A DNA stretch of 64,000 nucleotides from Dehalococcoidia bacterium (GTDB lineage: Bacteria; Chloroflexota; Dehalococcoidia; Lucifugimonadales; UBA3495): positions 40,934 through 104,933 of the forward strand of contig OZ247430.1 in NCBI GenBank assembly GCA_965232895.1, written 5' to 3'. Both the position numbers and the translations under genes were made by a program. This document shows positions 29,432-37,850 of the stretch, one piece after another. Under the pieces are notes generated by a model. The model was not told where the DNA came from and did no database searches. It was given only the letters and a program-made list of their open reading frames with translations. Positions within the stretch are counted from its first letter, which is position 1; the number at the start of each line of letters is the position of its first letter.

Positions 29432-30196
29432 GTGCAGAGCGTGTCGGATTTTCTTTTAGTTCACGGAGCCGGACAGGGAGCGAAGAGTTGGGGCAAGGTT
29501 TGGGGCCACATGACAGCCCCGGCACAGCACCCGCCACCGCTTCATCGGGCGCGGCAGGCAGTCCGCGTGCGGGCGGTTGACTTGCCCGGACACGGAGCGG
29601 ACGCAGCGCGCGACGCCGGCATGATCGACCTGGCGGAGGCGGTGAAGTCGGTCGTACGGGTCGCTGAACAGGAAAACTTTTCGGACTATACGCTGGTTGG
29701 TCATGAGCTGGGCGGGACGGTGGCGCTGCAGGCAATCAGTGAGCTGCCCCACGCTCCACGACGTCTCGTGCTGGTGTGCGGCATCGTCCCGGCCTCGGGC
29801 CAATCCGCGGTTTCCACATACCCTACACCCGTCCGGTTGCTGGTTCGCGTGTGCAAGGCGCTCGGAGCAATTTCCGGCAGAGACATCCCGGCGCCGTTGG
29901 AGGCGATCAACCGTTACCGCTGCGGTGGTTTGGACCCGATGGACCGAGTCCAAACCATCGGGCATTTCGGGCCGTTGCCTCTCAAGATGCTAACGGAGCC
30001 GGTTGCTTTCAGTCTGGACTCTCTCCCCTGCCCGGTGACCTACGTGGTGCTCACCAACGACCGGTTGATCAGCCCGAGTCGGCAGCAGGCGATGGCATCC
30101 CGCATACCCGGAGCTACCGTAGTGCAATTGGACTCGGGACACCAGGTAACCGTGCAAAGGCCGCAAGAACTGGCCGAAGCCATTTTGGCAGCGTGA
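29432..30196 (+). CDS. Alpha/beta fold hydrolase-like protein (nucleophile elbow GHELGG)
   Basis: LLVHGAG, RAVDLPGHG, VGHELGG, LTNDRLISP, DSGH. Confidence 0.8.
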   Translation: MQSVSDFLLVHGAGQGAKSWGKVWGHMTAPAQHPPPLHRARQAVRVRAVDLPGHGADAARDAGMIDLAEAVKSVVRVAEQENFSDYTLVGHELGGTVALQAISELPHAPRRLVLVCGIVPASGQSAVSTYPTPVRLLVRVCKALGAISGRDIPAPLEAINRYRCGGLDPMDRVQTIGHFGPLPLKMLTEPVAFSLDSLPCPVTYVVLTNDRLISPSRQQAMASRIPGATVVQLDSGHQVTVQRPQELAEAILAA

Positions 30197-30209
30197 GGTT
30201 GCCGCCGCC

Positions 30210-31433
30210 GTGGTGGGTTCATTCGTCGCCGATCTGCATATTCATTCCCCGTACGCGTTTGCCTGTAGCAAGAACCTGACGCTGGACAACCTGGCGGCCG
30301 GGGCTCGGCGCAAGGGGATCGACCTCCTGGCGACGGGCGATTTTACGCACCCGGTCTGGGCAGACAATCTGGCTTCGCGGTTGACCGAATCCGGGGACGG
30401 TCTCTACGAGTACGGAGGGATCAGGTTCGTGCCCGGCACCGAGATCAGCTGCGTTTACCGACAGGGAGGACGCACGCGCCGCATTCACGTCCTGGTGCTC
30501 GTGCCCACCCTGGAAGTTGCGGCCGCGCTTACCGACCGGTTGGATAAATACGGAAAACTCGCCAGCGACGGCCGTCCCACCGTCAGCCTGTCCGCGCGCC
30601 AATTGCTGGAAACGGCGCTGGATTGCTCTCCGGAATCACTGGTCATTCCCGCCCATGCCTGGACGCCGTGGTATGGCGTGTACGGCTCGAAAGCGGGGTT
30701 CGACAGCCTGGAAGAATGCTTCGGCGATCTGGCCCCGATGATCCGCGCCGTGGAAAGTGGGCTGTCGTCGGATCCGGCGATGAACCGCGCCGTGCCGGAG
30801 CTGGCGCACCGGGCGGTGGTCTCCTTTTCGGACGCCCACTCGCCGGGGAACCTGGGACGGGAAGTGACCGCGTTTTCAGGGCCCTTGACCTGGGACGGGT
30901 TGGCGACTGCGGTCAGTCGAGGAGGCGTGGCATACACTGTGGAGTTTTACCCGGAGGAAGGCAAGTACCATTACAGCGGACACCGCAAGTGCGGCGTGGC
31001 ATACGGTACCGCCGACCTGGAACGATACGGCCCGGCCTGTCCGGTGTGCGGCCGGCAATTGACTCTGGGGGTGTTGCACCGGGTCAATGAGGTTTCCGGC
31101 CGCGCGAGCGTTGACGCAAGCGACCCGGACGACGACGGGTTCGTTCGGGGAGACGAAGGTGGGCCACCGTATGCCCGGTTGATCCCGCTGCGGGAGATAA
31201 TCGCAGCGGTGAAAGGCGTTGGAATCAACACCCGAACCGTCGCGCGGGAATATTCGTTCATCACGGATGCCGTGGGGAGCGAACTGGATGCGCTGTTGTG
31301 GGCTTCGTCCGGCGACCTGGAAGCGGTGACCGACGAAACGGTGGCGCGGGCAATCATGCAGGCCCGAATCGGTCAGGTGCGCGTAACCCCCGGGTTCGAT
31401 GGCCAATATGGTTCAATTTCGTTGCCCGGCTGA
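30210..31433 (+). CDS. PHP-domain endonuclease Q family protein
   Basis: DLHIHSPY, ATGDFTHP, IPAHAWTPW, SFSDAHS, YPEEGKYHYSGHRKC, CPVCG, PGFDGQYG. Confidence 0.88.
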   Translation: MVGSFVADLHIHSPYAFACSKNLTLDNLAAGARRKGIDLLATGDFTHPVWADNLASRLTESGDGLYEYGGIRFVPGTEISCVYRQGGRTRRIHVLVLVPTLEVAAALTDRLDKYGKLASDGRPTVSLSARQLLETALDCSPESLVIPAHAWTPWYGVYGSKAGFDSLEECFGDLAPMIRAVESGLSSDPAMNRAVPELAHRAVVSFSDAHSPGNLGREVTAFSGPLTWDGLATAVSRGGVAYTVEFYPEEGKYHYSGHRKCGVAYGTADLERYGPACPVCGRQLTLGVLHRVNEVSGRASVDASDPDDDGFVRGDEGGPPYARLIPLREIIAAVKGVGINTRTVAREYSFITDAVGSELDALLWASSGDLEAVTDETVARAIMQARIGQVRVTPGFDGQYGSISLPG

Positions 31434-31505
31434 TATCCGGCTCCGAGCGCTGGGGCGATGTCCGTACCGCGTGAGCGCGCGAGGCCGACATAACTGTTTG
31501 ATAGA

Positions 31506-32192
31506 ATGGCGCAATCTATCCGGGAAGCGTCGGTCATGGATATTGCTCTGCGCCGGATGCGGGCCGAAGATATCCCGCAGGTGATCGAGATCGAACAGGA
31601 GGCGTTCAACCCCGGCTGGGTGGGTACGCCATTTCGCCGCGAACTGAACAGCCGCTACACACGATTCCTGGTGGCGTACCGCGCCGCAGACTCTGCGGAC
31701 GACGAGCCCGGCGGCAGCGAAAATCGACACAGAACCCGAGCGGCCGATGAATCGCTCTGGGGGCGAATGCTTACCGGAGTCAGGTCTGCGTTCGGCATCG
31801 GTCAACACGTCGTCGGGGACGACCTGGCTGGATACGTGGGCATCTGGCTGCAGGGCGATCAGGCGCACATCACGGAAGTGGCCGTGCGGGAAGAACTTCG
31901 GGGGCGCGGAATCGGAGAACTCCTGATCATCGGCACGCTCCGGGTGGCCTACGAGCAAGCGCTGGCAGAGGTGACGCTGGAAGCGAGGGTGTCGAATTTC
32001 GTGGCCCAACGCCTTTACGACAAATACGGTTTCAACGAAGCGGGGATACGCAAGAACTACTACGCCGACAACCGGGAAGACGCGGTGATAATGACCACCG
32101 ATCCCATTCACACCGCCGCCTACCGGGCCAAGTTCGCGACCCTGCAGGAGAACTTCCTCGCTCGATACGGCGAGACCCGCATCGATATCTAG
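31506..32192 (+). CDS. rimI: Ribosomal protein S18-alanine N-acetyltransferase
   Basis: HITEVAVREELRGRGIG, LEARVSN, RKNYYADNREDA. Confidence 0.85.
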   Translation: MAQSIREASVMDIALRRMRAEDIPQVIEIEQEAFNPGWVGTPFRRELNSRYTRFLVAYRAADSADDEPGGSENRHRTRAADESLWGRMLTGVRSAFGIGQHVVGDDLAGYVGIWLQGDQAHITEVAVREELRGRGIGELLIIGTLRVAYEQALAEVTLEARVSNFVAQRLYDKYGFNEAGIRKNYYADNREDAVIMTTDPIHTAAYRAKFATLQENFLARYGETRIDI

Positions 32193-32504
32193 CCCAATCC
32201 GCCTGTGGGGCCGGTATTTGCGGGCGGCTGGGGGTTGCCAACGGGCGGCTGGAACGGGCTCGTTCCGCGCCCGCGCGTCGAGTCCAGGCCGGCCATCCCG
32301 TGACATAACGAACACCCGCGCGCTGAGTTGGGATCGGTCATTTGGCGCAACCGCGGGCGTTGGTGGTCAACCGGGCGTTGGCTGCCAACCGCGCCCCGCC
32401 AACGGCACAAGCGGGATCGTTGCCCGGCCCGGGCACGAATGTTAGAATTCCCGCCGTTGTGCATATTTGAGCATGTAGTCAACATAATCAACAAGGATTG
32501 ACCT

Positions 32505-33395
32505 ATGGCCTCTTTCGACGACTACGTACTGGTGAGCCAGTTTCCGGATCAGCCGGTAGAGCGCATGATCGCCGCTTTTCGCGGGTGGCCTGACGCCGGA
32601 GACGCGGCCACGGCCACCCTGAATTACATGCTCTCCGCATTGGGAGCGCAGAAATTCGCGGAAATCGATCCCGAAGAATTCTTCAATTTCGCCCAGGAAC
32701 GGCCGCGTTCGACCCGGAGCAAGGATGGCATCAGGCATCTGCAGTGGCCAGCCAATGAGTTTTACCTGTGGCCTGGATCAAATGACGCGCCTCCGGTGGT
32801 TTTCTACCTGGGGACGGAACCGCACCTCAAGTGGCGCACGTTCGCTTCGCTGGTCGGCGATCTGGCTCGTCAGTGCGGCGTCAAATCGGTGGTCCACATC
32901 GGAGCATTGCTGGACGCGGTCCCTCACACGCGGGTCACCAAGTTCAGCGGCACATCAACCAACCAACGCATCCAGGCGGCCTTTGACCGGGCGAACGTCC
33001 GCACTTCCAACTATCAAGGGCCATCCGGAATCACATTGCCGGTTTCGGAATCACTGGCAGCTCGAGGGATCAGCTACACCTCGCTGTGGGGGCACGTCTC
33101 ACATTACCTGCACGCGACGCCGAATTTCAGGGTCGGCCTGGGTCTGGCGCAGAACCTTTCGGACATGCTGGGGTTGCCGGTTGAACTGGGCAGGCTCACC
33201 GTGATGGCCGAGGCATTCGACCGCGAGGTCGAAAAGGTGATCGCCGATGACGATCAACTCGGCAAATACATCCATACCCTGGAAGAAAAGTACGACCTGG
33301 CCGTCGACAGCGCCGAAATGCCCGACCCCGCAGACCTGGTTCGCGATCTGGAGCGATTCTTGAGGGTAGAAAGAATGGGGGGCGGCGAGAGCTGA
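32505..33395 (+). CDS. PAC2 family (proteasome assembly chaperone-like) protein
   Basis: AFRGWPDAGDAA, IDPEEFFNF, GTEPHLKW, GALLDAVPHTR, YQGPSGI, LWGHVSHY. Confidence 0.88.
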   Translation: MASFDDYVLVSQFPDQPVERMIAAFRGWPDAGDAATATLNYMLSALGAQKFAEIDPEEFFNFAQERPRSTRSKDGIRHLQWPANEFYLWPGSNDAPPVVFYLGTEPHLKWRTFASLVGDLARQCGVKSVVHIGALLDAVPHTRVTKFSGTSTNQRIQAAFDRANVRTSNYQGPSGITLPVSESLAARGISYTSLWGHVSHYLHATPNFRVGLGLAQNLSDMLGLPVELGRLTVMAEAFDREVEKVIADDDQLGKYIHTLEEKYDLAVDSAEMPDPADLVRDLERFLRVERMGGGES

Positions 33396-33568
33396 CCGAC
33401 CCGCCAAAGCCGATGTCAGGCAGCCGGGCCCGGGCAGCCGGGCCGGGTGGGGTGCGCTTCCGCCCCCAAGCGATACGCCGTCCGGGGCGACCCTGGTCGG
33501 GTTGCCCGGACTGGGGACGGGGCGTATAGTCTGGCTGTCGCCAAACACGGCGCCGCGAGGACTTAAGT

Positions 33569-34240
33569 ATGATATTCGACTGGCCGACCCGTATGCAGCA
33601 GATGGCCGACTTCATGGGTTTCTCCGAGGAAGACCTCGCGTTGGTCAGGGCGAGCGGGCCGATCCTGCTGGACCGGGCAGAGGAATTGACCACAGCAGTC
33701 TATGACCATTTCCTGCAGTTCCCCCAGACAGCGCGGTTCTTCCTGACCCCGGAGGGTGAAATCGACCAGACTCGCCTGGACCGGCGCAAGCACAGCCTGG
33801 CGCGGTGGCTGAGGCACAGCATAGATTTCCGGCTGGACGAGCAGTTTCCCGTGTTTCTCCTGGCGATGGGTGTCGTTCACAGCAACCCTTCGCTGGAGCG
33901 CGGTTACCTCGGCTCAGTGCCGGCCAGGTTCATGATCGGCACGATGTCCTTCGCGCAGACGGCAATCGCCAGCGTGTTGCTGGAGGAGATGTCGGATCCG
34001 GCGCAAGCGCTGCGTACGTCCGGCGCCTGGAACAAGCTGCTCATGTTGCAGTTGGACGTGCTGCTGGCGGGCTATGTCACCGAAACCCCCATTCCCGCAA
34101 CGGCGCCGCCGGCGCCCGACGATGACCAATCGGACGACGAACCGGAAGGCATGCGGCGAGTGCTCACTAACATCCTGGATGGCAATCGGAGCAACGGGAA
34201 CGCCAATGGCGCTTCCGATCAACCTCAAGGAGACGGATAA
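33569..34240 (+). CDS. Stand-alone protoglobin / globin-sensor domain protein
   Basis: DFMGFSEEDLALV, VYDHFLQFP, LARWL, GVVH (proximal His), AWNKLLMLQL. Confidence 0.8.
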   Translation: MIFDWPTRMQQMADFMGFSEEDLALVRASGPILLDRAEELTTAVYDHFLQFPQTARFFLTPEGEIDQTRLDRRKHSLARWLRHSIDFRLDEQFPVFLLAMGVVHSNPSLERGYLGSVPARFMIGTMSFAQTAIASVLLEEMSDPAQALRTSGAWNKLLMLQLDVLLAGYVTETPIPATAPPAPDDDQSDDEPEGMRRVLTNILDGNRSNGNANGASDQPQGDG

Positions 34241-34668
34241 TGACCAAGGTGCTGGTGATCCAGGGCGCGGGTATGAACATGCGCGGCAAGGTGCAGGTGG
34301 AGGTCTTCGGCCCGAACACCCTGGACCAGATGAATGAGCAGATCCGCGGCTACGGCGAAAGCCTGGGCATCGACGTGAAAATCGTGCACTCCAACGTGGA
34401 GGGCGAGGTTGTGAACGCCCTGTACGACGCGTGGGAGGAGGGCTACGACGCCTGCCTGATCAATCCGGCCGGCTACACTACGGTGAACGGCCCGCTACGG
34501 GGCGCGATCCAGCAGGTGCCCATGCCGGTGATTGAAGTACACGCCAGCAACCCGACCGCTCGCGGCACAGTGTCGGCCGTCCTGCCGGTCAGCAAGGGAT
34601 GCGTCTATGGTTTCGGCGTGTACGGCTATTACCTGGCGATGGAGGCGGTCAAACACACCGCCGAATAG
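34240..34668 (+). CDS. Type II 3-dehydroquinate dehydratase-like protein, catalytically divergent
   Basis: HSNVEGEVV, INPAGYT and IEVHASN match the AroQ fold, but the lid reads GKVQVEVFG instead of G-x-R-E-P-x-x-Y-G. Confidence 0.75.
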   Translation: MTKVLVIQGAGMNMRGKVQVEVFGPNTLDQMNEQIRGYGESLGIDVKIVHSNVEGEVVNALYDAWEEGYDACLINPAGYTTVNGPLRGAIQQVPMPVIEVHASNPTARGTVSAVLPVSKGCVYGFGVYGYYLAMEAVKHTAE

Positions 34669-34686
34669 TCCCCGGGTCTGGCCCCG

Positions 34687-34878
34687 CTACTCGCAGCGGA
34701 GGCAGCGCACGTCCTTGAAAACCCGGTCGTGAATGTCCGGGTTCACGAGGATGTAGTCCATAACGATGCGGAGCACTTTGCCGTCGTCCGCGATGTTGTA
34801 CTTTTCCTTGGAAGTGTTGATGAGACCGATGTGCTCGGCGTTGACGTCCACGGTGAGTGCAGTTTTGGTGCCGGCCAT
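34687..34878 (-). CDS. Small hypothetical protein with C-terminal CxxC
   Basis: 63 aa, protein-like composition and codon usage, ends RCLRCE. Confidence 0.7.
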   Translation of the reverse strand: MAGTKTALTVDVNAEHIGLINTSKEKYNIADDGKVLRIVMDYILVNPDIHDRVFKDVRCLRCE

Positions 34879-35254
34879 AGTTCAAAGCTCCTGATGGAAG
34901 GGGATGGGATCCGCAGCCAGCCGGGTTGCCGGCGCGTCGACATAGGATAGCCGCACGCAATGGCAAAGTTCAACCGCCGATTGGCGTTGGGTGTTGGTCG
35001 TCCGGCGCGTCGCCGGCATCCATCTGGCGGTCGCCGGACCCGGATCAGTTCCCGGGTTAACAAGCTATGGACACTTAATCCGCCCGAGTCAACGCCACAG
35101 ATCGGGCCAGGGCTCGCGCCCGTTCGACCCCGGTGTTGCCGATGCCGCCGAATGTGCCGATCAATCCGAATCATGAACAGCCGCGTAACGAATTAAGCGG
35201 GCCCACAGGTTTACACTTGGCGGTCAACAAACCAACGAAGCCCGGAGATTAGCC

Positions 35255-35473
35255 ATGGCAATCAAAACCGCGACCTATGTATGTGCGAAGTGCCAGCACA
35301 CCGAGTGCGAAACGGACGAATTCCGCGCCACCGGCGGCAATTTCGCAAAGATTTTCGACGTCCAGAACAAAAAGTTCACCACGCTGTCATGCAAGCGATG
35401 CGGGTACACCGAAATTTACAAGGGCAGCACGTCAACATTGGGCAACGTGTTCGATTTCTTCGCCGGCGGCTAG
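35255..35473 (+). CDS. Zinc-ribbon protein (DUF2082-like)
   Basis: CAKC...RATGG...FDVQNKKF...SCKRCGYTEIY. Confidence 0.85.
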   Translation: MAIKTATYVCAKCQHTECETDEFRATGGNFAKIFDVQNKKFTTLSCKRCGYTEIYKGSTSTLGNVFDFFAGG

Positions 35474-35499
35474 TCTGGCTGCACTCGAGCGTGGCAAGA

Positions 35500-35535
35500 A
35501 ATAAGCCCTCCGCCTGAAGCGGAGGGCGTTTTCAT
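35500..35535. terminator. Bidirectional terminator downstream of the tRNA and zinc-ribbon gene
   Basis: AAATAA-GCCCTCCGC-ctgaa-GCGGAGGGC-GTTTTCATTT. Confidence 0.75.
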
Positions 35536-35539
35536 TTGC

Positions 35540-35618
35540 TGGTACCCCGGATGGGCTTCGATCCCATGATCTCCACCTTGAAAGGGTGGCGTCCTTGACC
35601 AGGCTAGACGACCGGGGC
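35540..35618 (-). tRNA. tRNA-Glu (TTC)
   Basis: GCCCCGG acceptor stem, CCACC/GGTGG anticodon stem with loop CTTTCAA, T-arm ATGGG-ATCGAAG-CCCAT, encoded CCA. Confidence 0.93.
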
Positions 35619-35667
35619 GTTTTGCGTTGCTATTGCGACGCCCAACCAGTGTACCACAGGGGCCGTT

Positions 35668-36696
35668 TTACGGGTAAACGGCGAGGGCTTCCAGGGACAT
35701 CTCCTCGGGGAAGCCGCACATGAGGTTCATGTTCTGGACAGCCTGCCCGGCCGCGCCTTTGACCAGGTTGTCCAGGCAACTGATCACGATGAGCCGGTTG
35801 GTGCGCGCATCGACCACCGGGTAAACCAGGCAATGGTTGTTGCCCAGGGTCTGCTTCGTTTGGGGTGGCGCGCTGGTCACCTGCACGAAAGCGTCATCGG
35901 CGTAGAATTCCTGGTAGATCCCGCGGATACGCGCGTTGGCGTCCGGGTCTTGGGCGATGTCGTCCTGGAGCGGCGCGTAGCAGGAACTGAGGATGCCGCG
36001 GGTCATGGGAATCAGGTGCGTCAGGAAGGTGAGGTTGACCGGGTCACCGGCCATGCCATCAAGCTCCTGGCTGATTTCGGGCAGGTGGCGATGGCCGTTG
36101 ACGGAGTAGGCCATCACGTTCTCGTTGACCTCAGAGAAGTGGGTGGTCATGCTGAGGGTCCGACCGGCGCCGGAAACGCCGGACTTGCTGTCCACGATGA
36201 TGTCGCCGCCGATCAGCCCGTGTTCGATGGCTGGCGCCAAGGCCAGTATGGCGCTGCTGGGATAGCAGCCGGGGTTGGCCACCAGACGCGCGCCAGCCAC
36301 CGCATCGCGGTTCAGCTCGGTGAGGCCGTAGACCGCCTCCTCCAGGTACGTGGGGTCCGGGTGCTCCACGCCGTACCACTGGCTGTAGACGTCGGCCTGC
36401 TTGAGGCGGAAATCAGCGGAGATGTCGACGACCTTGACGCCCTGCTCGAGCAGCGGGATGCAGGCTTCGGCGCTGGCCTTGTGGGGCAACGCCGAAAAGA
36501 CGAGATCGAGGTCTTCGCACAGGTCCGCGGTGATACCGAGGCCCATATTGTCCAGGTGAGGGAAAACCTCGCCCAGGGCTTGACCTGCGGCGCTGCGCCC
36601 GGTAACCGAGGCGATTTCGACTTCGGGGTGATGGCGCAGGATGCGGACGAGTTCGCAGCCGGCGTATCCGGTGACGTTGATGATTCCGACTTTCAC
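35668..36696 (-). CDS. argC: N-acetyl-gamma-glutamyl-phosphate reductase
   Basis: GIINVTGYAG, FSALPH, VDISADFRL, VANPGCYP, KSGVSGAGR, DNLVKGAAGQAVQNMN; GTG start overlaps the nth stop. Confidence 0.95.
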   Translation of the reverse strand: MKVGIINVTGYAGCELVRILRHHPEVEIASVTGRSAAGQALGEVFPHLDNMGLGITADLCEDLDLVFSALPHKASAEACIPLLEQGVKVVDISADFRLKQADVYSQWYGVEHPDPTYLEEAVYGLTELNRDAVAGARLVANPGCYPSSAILALAPAIEHGLIGGDIIVDSKSGVSGAGRTLSMTTHFSEVNENVMAYSVNGHRHLPEISQELDGMAGDPVNLTFLTHLIPMTRGILSSCYAPLQDDIAQDPDANARIRGIYQEFYADDAFVQVTSAPPQTKQTLGNNHCLVYPVVDARTNRLIVISCLDNLVKGAAGQAVQNMNLMCGFPEEMSLEALAVYP

Positions 36697-37568
36697 GGTT
36701 GGAGCTCCTTGACGACCTGGGTGTGCGGGACGGGGGTGGGCGGTTCCGGGCTTCGTCGCCTCCGTCCGGGCGCCTGGCCGTCGGGCCGGTCGGAATCGGC
36801 AGTATCGTGAGTGGGCGCGTCGGGCTCCGTGGCTGCGGACGTGGCCGCCGCCCGCCGGATCGCCTCCTCGTCGCGGGAAGGACAACCGTAGTTCACCACG
36901 CAGTCGCCGCAAAGAGGTCTCTGAGCCTTGCACACCTGACGACCGTGCGTGATGAAAGCGGCGTGGAAGGGGTACACGTCCTCGGGGGGCATGGCCGCCT
37001 CGAGCACCTCGTGGGCCTTTTCGGCGTTGACTTTGGGGCCGATGATTCCGAGGCGCTGACTGACCCTGAAGATGTGGGTGTCGACGGCCATGGCCGGCAT
37101 CCCGAGGGAGAAACTCAGGATTATGCCCGCCGATTTGGGGCCGATACCGGGCAGCTGGCGCAGCCATGCCCGGGCTTCGTCCATGGGCATTTCGGCGAGG
37201 AAGTGGAGATCCAGGGACCCGTCGTTCAGGTCCAAAATCATCCCCAACACATCCTTGATGCGAGGCGCTTTGACACGGGCCAATCCACCACCCGAGATCG
37301 CAGCTTCGATGTCCGCTACGTCGGCTTCCGCGACGGCTTCCAGAGTGCTGAACGTGTGCATCAGGTTCCGGAACGCGCGCTCCGAGTTCCGGTCCGACGT
37401 GTGCTGGGAAAGGATGGTAAAGACCAGCTCGTGGGCCGGGTCCAGGCGCGGCTCGTTTTCAAACGGGCCGTACTGTTCCGTGAGCAGCCGGATGGCGTCA
37501 GAAATGGTGACGCCGGGCTTTTTGGAACGGCGCGAACGGCGGGTTTTGGTGGCGGCTTTGGGAGGCAT
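36693..37568 (-). CDS. nth: Endonuclease III
   Basis: TILSQHTSD, LPGIGPKSA, AVDTHIFRV, HGRQVCKAQRPLCGDC...C (4Fe-4S). Confidence 0.92.
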   Translation of the reverse strand: MPPKAATKTRRSRRSKKPGVTISDAIRLLTEQYGPFENEPRLDPAHELVFTILSQHTSDRNSERAFRNLMHTFSTLEAVAEADVADIEAAISGGGLARVKAPRIKDVLGMILDLNDGSLDLHFLAEMPMDEARAWLRQLPGIGPKSAGIILSFSLGMPAMAVDTHIFRVSQRLGIIGPKVNAEKAHEVLEAAMPPEDVYPFHAAFITHGRQVCKAQRPLCGDCVVNYGCPSRDEEAIRRAAATSAATEPDAPTHDTADSDRPDGQAPGRRRRSPEPPTPVPHTQVVKELQP

Positions 37569-37643
37569 CGTCGGTCACCGCAAGTGCAGCACCGGGATTT
37601 TAGCACAGGGCACACACGACAAGGGGAACCCGGGGTCTTCGCG

Positions 37644-37795
37644 CAGGGCGATCGCACTGTCGCCGTCTTTCCTGCGCAAGCAGGAATCCAGTGATCTAAT
37701 TCGTTAAATACGCTTCAAATTCGTTCATTCTATGACCAATGGACTCCGGCTTTCGCCGGAGTGGCGGGCGTAGAGCCTATGATGCGATTGCTCTG
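37644..37795 (-). mobile_element. 152-bp MITE/REPIN-like element, copy C (inverted, slightly degenerate)
   Basis: Same length and architecture; TIRs CAGGGCGATCGCA / TGCGATTGCTCTG. Confidence 0.78.
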
Positions 37796-37850
37796 GGTCT
37801 TCGCGCTCAGCGTTGCAGCCGACGGCGAGGTTGTTCGTCGGGCGTCGGCG

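Noticed and set aside
35473-35618. tRNA-Glu as the integration site of an island
   Set aside because: No duplicated tRNA 3' end and no integrase were seen downstream.
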